NCBI RefSeq assembly: GCF_000142905.1
Contig: NW_013657666.1
Span: 444,631-508,630, forward strand
Origin: Thecamonas trahens ATCC 50062
Taxonomy: Eukaryota; Protista; Apusomonadida
Reading direction: 5' to 3'
DNA length: 64,000 nt
Both the position numbers and the translations under genes were made by a program. The notes under the pieces were generated by a model that saw nothing but the letters and a program-made list of their open reading frames with translations, had not been told where the DNA came from and searched no databases. Below, in pieces: positions 55,301 to 64,000 of the stretch; the first letter of the stretch is position 1, and every line of letters begins with the position of its first letter.

Positions 55301-56050
55301 TTCACCTCCAAGTCGTCGTCGATCCACGCCATTTGCCTCGTCATCCAGCAGGGTCGGTGCACGCTCGTCACCACCCACCAGATGTACCGCATTCTTGCCC
55401 TCAACTGCCTGGTCAACGCCTACGCGCTCTCGGTCCTCTACCTCGATGGCGTCAAGTTTGGCGACTTGCAGATGACGCTCATGGGCATCCTGGTCGCGGT
55501 CTGCTTCCTCTTCATCTCGCGGTCCAAGCCGCTGCCGACCCTCTCTGCCGCACGGCCGCAGCCGCGGGTCTTCACCGCCTACCTTCTCGTCTCGCTCCTC
55601 GGTCAGTTTGCGGTCCACCTCGGCGCGCTGATGTACCTCGTCGCCGCTGCCAAGGACGCCATCGGCCTCGGGCCGAACGAAGTCGTCTCGGCCGATCTCG
55701 AGGCCGACTTTGAGCCCAACGTCGTCAACAACGTCGTCTTTATCCTCTCGGCATGGATGCAGACCGCCAACTTTGCCATCAATTACCGCGGGCACCCGTT
55801 CATGGAGGGTCTCCGTGAGAACAAGATCCTCATCTACATTCTTGCCACCATGGCCTCGCTCCTCATCCTCCTTGCGCTCGGCGTCATCCCGCCGCTTGCC
55901 TACCTTGCCGAGCTCGCACCGTGGCCCTCGTTTTCCTTCCAGCTCCTCGTCGTCGCCACGCTCGTCGCCGATGCCATCGGTGCCCTCGCCATGGAGCACA
56001 TTGCCTCGGTCCTCTTCAACCGTGCCGAGCCGCGGCTTCCTGTCCAGTAG
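52358..56050 (+). CDS. ATP13A1: P5A-type ATPase (ATP13A1/Spf1)
   Basis: [70 protein letters not shown] and NYRGHPFM. Confidence 0.96.
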   Translation: [1230 protein letters not shown]

Positions 56051-56287
56051 TTGAGCCTGTAAAGCAGACCACCCGCCTGTATGCACTCGTACCATTAATC
56101 GTAGCAGCCATCGTTTCATTTATCGTTCGCCATGGTTGAATTTATGGTTCGCCTCTACCCTTGCTGCAGCGAGCGTTGCAGCAAACGTTCCTTTATCGTT
56201 GGCCCCGGTTCGAACTCGGTTCGTTCACCACTTCGCGCCAACCGCGGAGGAGACGTCGGGCAAGAGGCACGGCTGGGAGGGACGACC

Positions 56288-59200
56288 ATGCGGAGAACTG
56301 CGCTCCATGTCCGCCTCAGCGACTTTCGTGGTCACTCGCTACATTGGATGGATGCACATAATCACCTGGCCGACCCATACCTTCAGGTCGCCTTTGGTGT
56401 CCCCACCCGTCCTGGCCGACCGCTCGCTGGTGACAATGGCAGCAATGGCGCCAGCGACGCCAAGAACCTCGCCGGTGACAGCCATGGCACCTCTGCGACA
56501 GTCGAACCTCAGAATCATATCCAAGCTCTCCATGGTGAAAGCTCCCGCTCTGGTGCCTTGATCAGCTCCCGTTCGGGTGCCTCTCTCAGCGCTCGTCCTG
56601 GATCACTGGGAACCGTCATTCCCAAGCATCGTGTTGTGCTCGAGGGTGATAGCGGCCCGCCCGTGGCCTTGCTCCAGACAGAGCCCATCTTTGAAGAGCT
56701 CGATCCGGTGTGGCCAGACTCTGCAGAGTTTGAGTTTGAGTTCTCCCACATCGACGAGTTGGCTAACGCGTACATGGTCCTCATCTGCTACGACATGGAC
56801 TTTCAAGCCGAGCACGAGGAGATCGGACATGCCCGCCTCTCGCTCCTCGATCTAGCCACAGGCGCCCCAAATCGCCTGGTTCAACTCAGGCTCCGCCATG
56901 CTGATCGCGGTCGCATCTCGTTCAACTGCGTCATCCAGGAGCTCTGCCCCGTCGAGCTGAGCCTCTCTACCGTCCGCCTCGACCGCGCTTCGGCCGAGGC
57001 CGCCCTCGTCGACCTCGAGGGTGCGTTTCTCGAGCTCGACCTTGCTGGCGAGACCATGACCACCGAACCGTGCCTCTTTCACCAGCTTCCGTCATGGGAC
57101 GCGCGCATGTTTGGCGAGCCGCTGGTCAAGACGCTGACGCTGGAGAAGATCCGCGCGCTCACGCTCTCGTTCCGGCTCTGCATGCTCGGCCACGGTGACC
57201 GCAAGGTCTGCATCGCCAGCATCGACTTTGACGTTTCTAGTCTCTTGGACAGCATCGACGTGGCTGCCGCCGAGGCTGAACTGGCTTCAGGCACCGCACC
57301 ACTGGCACTGGCGCTCCCGTTCTCCCGCGAGCTCGTCCTCAACGTTGGCACACCCATCGGCCCTTTCAGCGGCTCGCTGCACCTGACCAACTATCCACGG
57401 CTCCGGCAGGCGCCGCACGACATGGAGCGCGCCGCTGCGCTCCAGCGGCGCATTGCCGCCCACGCCGAGGTCAATCCCTACGCCGACGCTGCAGCTGAGC
57501 TTGCCTTTCTGGCGCAGCCAAGTGCGCCGGCGAGTACGTTTGTGACCCAGAGCCACGAGGCTGACGCCAACAGCGGAGACAAGGCCGAGGCTGAGGGTGA
57601 TGATGGTACGGGAGCGGAAATTGACATCATGACTATTGCTCCTGACCCTGCGTCCGAGTCTGGCGAGGAGTCGGACGAGTCGGAGGATGCCGGCGGCGAG
57701 GGTTACGGTTATGACGGGCCGAACGCTGCTGTGGCTGCTGTAGTCTCTGCGCTTGACACGGGTGCGATCGAGCCAGTTTTGGAGGCGATGGATCAGCTGC
57801 GCGGCATGTTTCATGCTACGTCGGCTGTCAACGAGGACGAGTCGGGCTCTGACGAGCCGTTTGCAGCCGTTGCTGCCCAACTCGAGGGCCCGCCGCCGGT
57901 CCTGCTTGCTCTTCACTACGTATCAAGCAAGCCCGCGCTGGCGAGCCTCATCGAACCGCTGGTGGAAAAGGCAGGCTTTGACTTGGAGACGGTCTCGGTT
58001 GCCGGCCTCGCGCCGCTAGACGTAGCGGTCCGGAGCCAGGCGTACGAGTGCATGACGGCGTTGCTCAAACTCCTTGCGCGCCGGTCTGTCAAGCGGCAGC
58101 AAGTTGCGCGTGAGCGAGCAATTGAGCTGGTGCGCGCAGAGCGCGAGGCGCGGGCAGCCGAAGCCAAGAAGCTCGGCGGGAGCAGTACAGGAGCAACAAG
58201 TCGGCGCAAGACAACGCGCGGCCGCGGCAAGGGACGTGGTCGTGCGCGCGTTCGCGGACGGGGTCGCGGGCGGAGTAGCGGGCGGCGTGGCGGTCGTGAT
58301 GGCGAGCGACGGGCGGTCGGCCGCGGATCGTCAGCGCTCAACACTTCGCTCACCTCGTTGGAGAGCTTCAGCTCGGGCAGTGTCCCGGTGGTCAATCCAA
58401 ACTACATCGAGGTAGAGAGCAATGCCTTTGCGGCGCGAGTGGAGACGCTGTTCTCTGTCTGTCGAGTGCCCAACTACCGGTATGCAGAACCGCTGATCCG
58501 GTACTACGGACATGCGCTTGCCAGCGCGCGCGACGAGAACGGCAACACGGCACTGCACCTGGTTGCTGCGGTGAAAGAGGGTGATGAGAACTCTATTGTT
58601 GCACGTGATGTACTGTCCATCACGCGCGACCTCATTGCGGCCGGCGCTCCGCTTGATGCACAGCGCGCCGATGGGGCGACACCGCTCTCTCTCACGCTCG
58701 CTGTCGGCTCGTTTGGTATGGCGCAGATGTTGCTCGAGGCAGGGGCAGACGTGAATCTGGCGGATGCCAAGGGCCAGACTGCGCTCATCATTGCGGTCCA
58801 GATGGGGCTGGACGACATGATCGAGAACTTGCTTGCGCACAACGCGGACCCCAACGTGTGCAACACGACAAGCCAATCCGCACTCCACATTGCGGCGGCG
58901 TTCAACAAGTACTCGGCCATACCGCGGCTGCTCAATGCAACCAAGTATGGTGCAAACCAGGACGCGTACGCTATGCGGCTCGACGCCGATGGGCGGACGG
59001 CGCTGCATGTGGCGGCGCTAATGGGTCAGCTCGACGCGCTGGAGCAGTTGCTCAAGTATCCCGCGGTCGACATCTCAGCGCGCGACGCCAACGGACTGAC
59101 TGCGCTTGAGCTGGCCAAGTCGGACGATGTGCGGCGCGAGTTGCAGGCGCACGGTGCGACCAAAGAGAACGACGCCGCGCTGTTAGCGGCGGCCGATACC

Positions 59201-59785
59201 GGCGACCTGGCAACAGTTCAGCGACTGGTCCAGCCGATCGGGGAGGACTCGTCGCTGCAGCTCGCGTTTGCCGACGCTACCCATTCGGTCACAGCTCTGA
59301 CCGCCATGCACTATGCGGCACGGCGCGGACACACCGATGTGATGCAGGCGCTGCTGGAGGCCGGCGCCAACGCCAATGCCGTCTTTAACCTCATGGGTTG
59401 GACGGCGCTGTACGCGGCGGCCTACCATGGGCGGGAGGCCGCGGTCCAGCTGCTGCTCGAGGCTGGGGCTGATCCGCAGACCTGCGACCTCGATGGGATG
59501 ACACCACTCCATGCAGCGGCGGGCAAGGGCCATCTCTTAGTCGTCACCACGCTCCTTGGCGCAGGTGCCGACGTCGAGGGGCGGACCCACGCCGGATGGA
59601 CGCCGCTGCATGTGGCGGCGTACAACGGCAAGCTTGATATCATCCGGGCGCTGCTTGAGTCTGGTGCCGAGCCGGGCGCCATTGCCGATCTTGGGCGCTC
59701 TCCACTGGACTATGCTGCTAACGCCCAGGTAGCCGAGCTGCTGCGTAGTGCCTTGCGGTCGCCGATGCCGTCTCCTCGGGTGTAG
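56288..59785 (+). CDS. C2-domain and ankyrin-repeat protein
   Basis: C2 elements ADPYLQV..ELDPVW..LICYDMD..EIGHARL. More than ten G.TALH/TPLH ankyrin repeats in the C-terminal half. The start could be the ATG at 56144. Confidence 0.8.
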   Translation: MRRTALHVRLSDFRGHSLHWMDAHNHLADPYLQVAFGVPTRPGRPLAGDNGSNGASDAKNLAGDSHGTSATVEPQNHIQALHGESSRSGALISSRSGASLSARPGSLGTVIPKHRVVLEGDSGPPVALLQTEPIFEELDPVWPDSAEFEFEFSHIDELANAYMVLICYDMDFQAEHEEIGHARLSLLDLATGAPNRLVQLRLRHADRGRISFNCVIQELCPVELSLSTVRLDRASAEAALVDLEGAFLELDLAGETMTTEPCLFHQLPSWDARMFGEPLVKTLTLEKIRALTLSFRLCMLGHGDRKVCIASIDFDVSSLLDSIDVAAAEAELASGTAPLALALPFSRELVLNVGTPIGPFSGSLHLTNYPRLRQAPHDMERAAALQRRIAAHAEVNPYADAAAELAFLAQPSAPASTFVTQSHEADANSGDKAEAEGDDGTGAEIDIMTIAPDPASESGEESDESEDAGGEGYGYDGPNAAVAAVVSALDTGAIEPVLEAMDQLRGMFHATSAVNEDESGSDEPFAAVAAQLEGPPPVLLALHYVSSKPALASLIEPLVEKAGFDLETVSVAGLAPLDVAVRSQAYECMTALLKLLARRSVKRQQVARERAIELVRAEREARAAEAKKLGGSSTGATSRRKTTRGRGKGRGRARVRGRGRGRSSGRRGGRDGERRAVGRGSSALNTSLTSLESFSSGSVPVVNPNYIEVESNAFAARVETLFSVCRVPNYRYAEPLIRYYGHALASARDENGNTALHLVAAVKEGDENSIVARDVLSITRDLIAAGAPLDAQRADGATPLSLTLAVGSFGMAQMLLEAGADVNLADAKGQTALIIAVQMGLDDMIENLLAHNADPNVCNTTSQSALHIAAAFNKYSAIPRLLNATKYGANQDAYAMRLDADGRTALHVAALMGQLDALEQLLKYPAVDISARDANGLTALELAKSDDVRRELQAHGATKENDAALLAAADTGDLATVQRLVQPIGEDSSLQLAFADATHSVTALTAMHYAARRGHTDVMQALLEAGANANAVFNLMGWTALYAAAYHGREAAVQLLLEAGADPQTCDLDGMTPLHAAAGKGHLLVVTTLLGAGADVEGRTHAGWTPLHVAAYNGKLDIIRALLESGAEPGAIADLGRSPLDYAANAQVAELLRSALRSPMPSPRV

Positions 59786-60038
59786 GATGTAGCCACCGAT
59801 GGGGTTTTCCTGTGTGTCTGCAAGAAAAAAGCACCTCCCATTCCCCACCGGCATCAAATCGGGCGACGATGCTTGCTGTTGCTTCATGCCCACCGTCGCG
59901 ACAGTAAAAAATTGAGAGTTGCCGTGTGCTCGGCGGCCGTGTGCCCGGTCGGGTGGCCATCGCCCGGCGGCCGTCGCCCGGCGGCCGGCACTCGACCACG
60001 ACCGCCTGCGGCCGGCGCCACACACGACTCTAAACGAC

Positions 60039-62102
60039 ATGTCGGCCAAGCCAAGCCGACGCATACGACGACGAGTGCATGGAGTTCCAAGGAGTAGCAG
60101 CAAGATACCAAGTGTGACGCCAAAGGCGTCGACGACGCCGACATTTACCTGTAGCAGTAGTCCAAGCAGTCCGCGAGGTCATGACGATGATGATGACGAC
60201 GATGATGATGATGATCACGATCACGATCACGATCACGATCACGATCACAATGATGATGATGATGATGATCACGATCACGATCACGATCATGATGATGATC
60301 ATGATGACAATGACAATGATGATGACAATGATGACAATGATGATGACAATGATGATGATGATCCTGTCTCGGACCTCCTCTCCTCCGCTCTTGGTGCCTG
60401 GACCCCGTCTGATAATGGCTTCTCGCTCATCCGCTTGTCATGGACACCGTCTATGCCTCGCTCTGGCGGCTCTCATCTCGGACCTGGTGGGGATGGTGGA
60501 GACGGTGAGGGCGAGGATCGTGATCGATTGCGGTTGATTGCAGGGAGGGACGTGGTCCTGGGCTCGGATAGCTCGGCGGCTGTGGCCGGTGCAATGCCCC
60601 TGGACGGCATCGCGGACGGCGTGGCGACGACGGCTCCCACGTCTGCCGGGACTGCAGACGTGAGATGGCTGGCCTCCCTCCACGGACCGTCGCTTGTGAG
60701 CCTGGTTGTGGCGCTGCTGACCGAGGCCTCAGTTGTCGTGTGCTCGGCGTCGCCTGTCGTTGCTTCGCGGACGCCCGCGCTGTTGCGGACGCTGCTAGCA
60801 CCGTTTGTCTGGCCGCACGCCTTTGCGTCGCTTGTTCCGCGCCGCGCCCTGCTGCAGCTCGCCGATGGCTCTGCGCCGTTTCTGCTTGGCCTGCATGCAT
60901 CCAATGAGGAGGCTGCCGCGCTTGGCGCAACGATGGCGCGCACGCCGGGCGTCCTTGTCTACGACGCTGACCTTGATCTCGTGTACGGTGCCTGTCCGCA
61001 CCCGCGCTTTCCGCAGACGGTCCTGCTGGTGATGGAGGATGCAGCGGCTACCACACTCCGCAGCCTGCGCTTTGCCGAGCTCGCCGACAGGCAGCCGACC
61101 GAGGCCGTCGCTGCTTCCGCTCTTGCCGCGGCTCTCGCCCCGCATCTGGCCTGGACCGTCGACGGCATCAATGACTTTCTTGGCGGCGATGCGGGCTCGT
61201 CGACGGCCAGTCCAGATCCGTATGCGCGAGTCTTTGACGTTGGCGGCTGGGTGGCGGCGCGTTGTGGCACGGCCAACGATGCCCAGTGCAGCGCCAAAGC
61301 GGCGTTTCTGGCGGTCCTTGCTGAGACCGAGGCCTTCCGTGCACACGTGGTCGACGTGGCGGCACGGGCCAGGCTGCTGGCGAGCCTTCCGCCGGCGCGC
61401 ACGCTCTATGTCCTCAACACCATTCCCAAGGAGTCTCTGGCTGGAGCATCCGAGGACTCGGGATGGGTCGACTTTGGCGCACCAGATCTCGGAACGCTCT
61501 CGGAGATGCTGCTGGCCCGGATCGCGGCGTTGGTTGAGCCGGCCGGCGGCGTCGAGGTGAGCGCGGAAAAGGCGGCAGAGATCCGAGTCCTCCCGACGTA
61601 CCGCTCGTTTGTACTGGCGACGCTCAAGCTGCGGTCTGTGGCGCTACACGCTGCGTCGCGGCTCGAGATCATGGTCCTTGCGCTCAATTTGTTCAACACG
61701 CTCGCACTCCACGCCGCGGTTGAGTTTGCAGGCAACGAGCTGGTGACGCCCGGCGAGGTGGCGCGATTTGTGTGCTACGACGTTGGTGGCCTGCACCTCT
61801 CGATGCATGCGCTCGAGCATGGCATCCTGCGATCGAGCGGCGGACATGGGACGCCGCTGGCGGCGGCGCCGTGGATGATGGCTGCAGGACGGCCGCTGGT
61901 CGCGCTGCCGGGCTCTGAGCTCTTTGACGTCCTCACGCTGCGATCGGCGGTGCCTGGCCTCGGCGCGGCGCTGCAGCGACGCGGTCGGACGGTTCGGACC
62001 GCACTCACGGTCTTTACCGTCGACCGAGTGTCAAGCCAGCTGCGGCGACTTGCTCAGGCATTGCGGCGCGGGCGGCGGCGAAGCACGGTTGGCGGAGTGT
62101 AA
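60039..62102 (+). CDS. DENN (core plus dDENN) and DUF547-like domain protein with an N-terminal Asp/His repeat
   Basis: cDENN: ALLTEASVVVCS..LLAPFVWPHAF..APFLLGLH. dDENN: FLAVLAETEAF. DUF547: LNLFNTLALHA..YDVGGLHLSMHALEHGILR. Confidence 0.65.
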   Translation: MSAKPSRRIRRRVHGVPRSSSKIPSVTPKASTTPTFTCSSSPSSPRGHDDDDDDDDDDDHDHDHDHDHDHNDDDDDDHDHDHDHDDDHDDNDNDDDNDDNDDDNDDDDPVSDLLSSALGAWTPSDNGFSLIRLSWTPSMPRSGGSHLGPGGDGGDGEGEDRDRLRLIAGRDVVLGSDSSAAVAGAMPLDGIADGVATTAPTSAGTADVRWLASLHGPSLVSLVVALLTEASVVVCSASPVVASRTPALLRTLLAPFVWPHAFASLVPRRALLQLADGSAPFLLGLHASNEEAAALGATMARTPGVLVYDADLDLVYGACPHPRFPQTVLLVMEDAAATTLRSLRFAELADRQPTEAVAASALAAALAPHLAWTVDGINDFLGGDAGSSTASPDPYARVFDVGGWVAARCGTANDAQCSAKAAFLAVLAETEAFRAHVVDVAARARLLASLPPARTLYVLNTIPKESLAGASEDSGWVDFGAPDLGTLSEMLLARIAALVEPAGGVEVSAEKAAEIRVLPTYRSFVLATLKLRSVALHAASRLEIMVLALNLFNTLALHAAVEFAGNELVTPGEVARFVCYDVGGLHLSMHALEHGILRSSGGHGTPLAAAPWMMAAGRPLVALPGSELFDVLTLRSAVPGLGAALQRRGRTVRTALTVFTVDRVSSQLRRLAQALRRGRRRSTVGGV

Positions 62103-62149
62103 AAGGCTGTGCACGTTTACGAGCGCGATCCACCAGCGGGGAGGAGAGG

Positions 62150-62896
62150 TTAAGCGAGCGAGTCGATGAGCGCACCGCGCATCTCCTCGATCATGGACGA
62201 CGGGGCAGTGCCCTGGAGCTTGAAGATGTCGTCGATGACGGAGATCTCAGGAGCGGTGGTGTCGATGCCGGCAAAGGCAATCCAGTCGTTGACGACGACG
62301 CCGGCGCCGATCATGTCGGAACCGCGGTTGACGGTACCGGCGGTGATGGGAACCTGGAAGAGCGAGGCGAGCTGGTCCATCTCCTCAACGGTGACGTGCG
62401 GGTGGACAAGACCACCGTTGTTGGAAAAGGTGGCGTAGGTGCCGACGAGGGCCGAGCCGGCGACGGTCTCCCGGAAGATGTCGACGCCAAGGACGTCATG
62501 GATGATCTCCTCGGTCTCGCGATCCATCTCGGGGTGAACGAGAGCAACATAATCGTTGCAGGCGACACAGTTACCCAGAGCCGAGAGACGCTCCTCAACG
62601 CGCTGGACGACGACCTTGTCAGGAAGGGAGTTCCTCAGATGCTGAAGCTCTTGATCGGTAGTGGTGGAGGGAACGAGCAGACCACGCGAGTTGCCGACAG
62701 CCAGCGAGCCAAGAACTCTGCAACCAGCGATGGAAGCATGGATGACAGGCACTTCAGGCTCTGTATCCACAAGCTCAGCCTCAAAGGTGGAGTAAAAGTT
62801 CTCTGATCCTCCGATGGGCACCACACAGTACGAGTTTGTGAGAATGGAGAAGACGCCCACGTCCGACGAGTTTTCAAACTGAGTACGAATGGCCAT
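62150..62896 (-). CDS. EIF6: Eukaryotic translation initiation factor 6
   Basis: [56 protein letters not shown]. Confidence 0.97.
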   Translation of the reverse strand: MAIRTQFENSSDVGVFSILTNSYCVVPIGGSENFYSTFEAELVDTEPEVPVIHASIAGCRVLGSLAVGNSRGLLVPSTTTDQELQHLRNSLPDKVVVQRVEERLSALGNCVACNDYVALVHPEMDRETEEIIHDVLGVDIFRETVAGSALVGTYATFSNNGGLVHPHVTVEEMDQLASLFQVPITAGTVNRGSDMIGAGVVVNDWIAFAGIDTTAPEISVIDDIFKLQGTAPSSMIEEMRGALIDSLA

Positions 62897-63511
62897 GATG
62901 AGATGAAAGTACGCTACTGATCAATAACAGTAGTATTAGTAGTAGTGGTAGTGGTGGTGGTGGTGGTGGTGGTGGTGGTGGTGGTGGTGGTGATGGGGTG
63001 GTGGTGATGGGGTGGGGTGAAGTTGGTCTTGGTCTTGGTCTGTGGTCGTGGTCGTGGTCTTGGGCGTAGGCACCGGCCACAGGCGGGAGCGTTGGCGCCA
63101 CTCAAGAGAGAGAACGAACGGTTGTCACTCGGTCAACTGTCAGCTGCCAGCAAACAATGATCACGGCCAACGAATAATAATCGATGGGAAGGGGGGGGGG
63201 GGGAGTGCCTTGATTGTTGTTGATATCGAATGATAAAATGATGAATGACCTTGGCAACGAGTGAGTGATCGTGAGTGGCAATGAGTCTGAGTCACACGAT
63301 GAGACTCTCTTCACAACCGTCACGCACTCCCTCCCCCCCCCCTTGTGACAGACCGTACACCAACAACTAGAGCAAGCAGCACCCGTAACACACCTGCACA
63401 ACAATTGCTACACTTGACTCACCACACCCATCCTCCTTGACCCTCAGCCCACTCTCCACTCCCTCCCACTCTTCCACTCCCTTTCGCATGGTACGCATAC
63501 CCCCCTCCCTC

Positions 63512-63611
63512 NNNNNNNNNNNNNNNNNNNNNNNNNNNNNNNNNNNNNNNNNNNNNNNNNNNNNNNNNNNNNNNNNNNNNNNNNNNNNNNNNNNNNNNNN
63601 NNNNNNNNNNN
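63512..63611. other. Assembly gap (N run)
   Basis: Run of N. Confidence 1.
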
Positions 63612-63859
63612 GGGGGGGGGGGTTGGTGTGGGTCGGCAGGGAGGGGTAAGGGGGTGGGGGGGGGGGTAGGGGGAAGGGGAAGGGAGAGGGGCGGGTGTAT
63701 GGTATGATGGTGTGGGGCGTACTCACGGGGAAAGACCGGTGTGCGGGTTAGTGGGGTGTTAGGGGTTGTCTCCGAGGCGGCGTGTGATGGCAATCGAATG
63801 ATGGAGGCGACCTGGGTTGGGGTTTGGGGTGGAGGCGGTTCGGAAGGGGCGGGTGGTGG

Positions 63860-64000
63860 GGGTGACGATTATTTAACGAGAGTTAATTGATGGGTGTGTG
63901 TGTGGTGTGTGTGGGTGACGATTATTTTAACGAGAGTTTATTGATGGGTGGGGGGTGGGGGGTGGGTGACGATTATTTTAACGAGAGTTTATTGATGGGT
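63860..64000 (+). repeat. About 37-bp direct repeat x3 (GGGTGACGATTATTT(T)AACGAGAGTTWATTGATGGGT) with short GT-rich spacers, cut by the window end
   Basis: Copies start near 63860, 63913 and 63964. Confidence 0.85.

Noticed and set aside
63238-63290. Possible box C/D snoRNA (ATGATGA...CTGA) on the plus strand
   Set aside because: It is only 53 nt long, has no terminal stem, and shows no convincing rRNA complementarity next to a D box.
63860-64000. CRISPR array
   Set aside because: The context is eukaryotic, the spacers are only about 12-16 nt of low-complexity GT sequence, and there are no cas genes.

Overview
This is a very GC-rich, gene-dense, intron-poor eukaryotic (protist) genomic window with three assembly gaps. 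Composition and gene content suggest an apusomonad such as Thecamonas trahens, which is an inference. It holds about 28 protein-coding loci on both strands. Recognisable genes are ALG6 (3' end), a gustatory-receptor-like 7TM protein, a Pom152-like Ig-repeat protein, C12orf56/DUF4551, two USP deubiquitinases, LDAH, MED6, a sarcosine/pipecolate oxidase, DNAJC7, an NCoR-like protein, UBE2C, an SDR epimerase, DUF4326, a TRIM-like protein, an EF-hand double RasGEF, P5A-ATPase ATP13A1, C2-ankyrin, DENN-DUF547 and eIF6. Five observations are not explained by the ORF track. (1) Two box C/D snoRNAs with recognisable rRNA guides sit in the two introns of the SDR gene. (2) An accessory island at 11.4-15.7 kb carries a heptad-repeat/REase-like/kinase (Crinkler-type) gene, a 5'-truncated UBL5/Hub1 fragment, an array of GACCGTTC-N3-GAACGGTC palindromes and an AT-rich tract. 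(3) An MDH1B-type N-terminal domain is fused to an apparently inactive aldehyde dehydrogenase. (4) There is a divergent, K-box-less eIF2beta-like gene. (5) Six frameshifts occur in four genes, most likely homopolymer sequencing errors. All family assignments come from motif recognition by eye; no database search was run.
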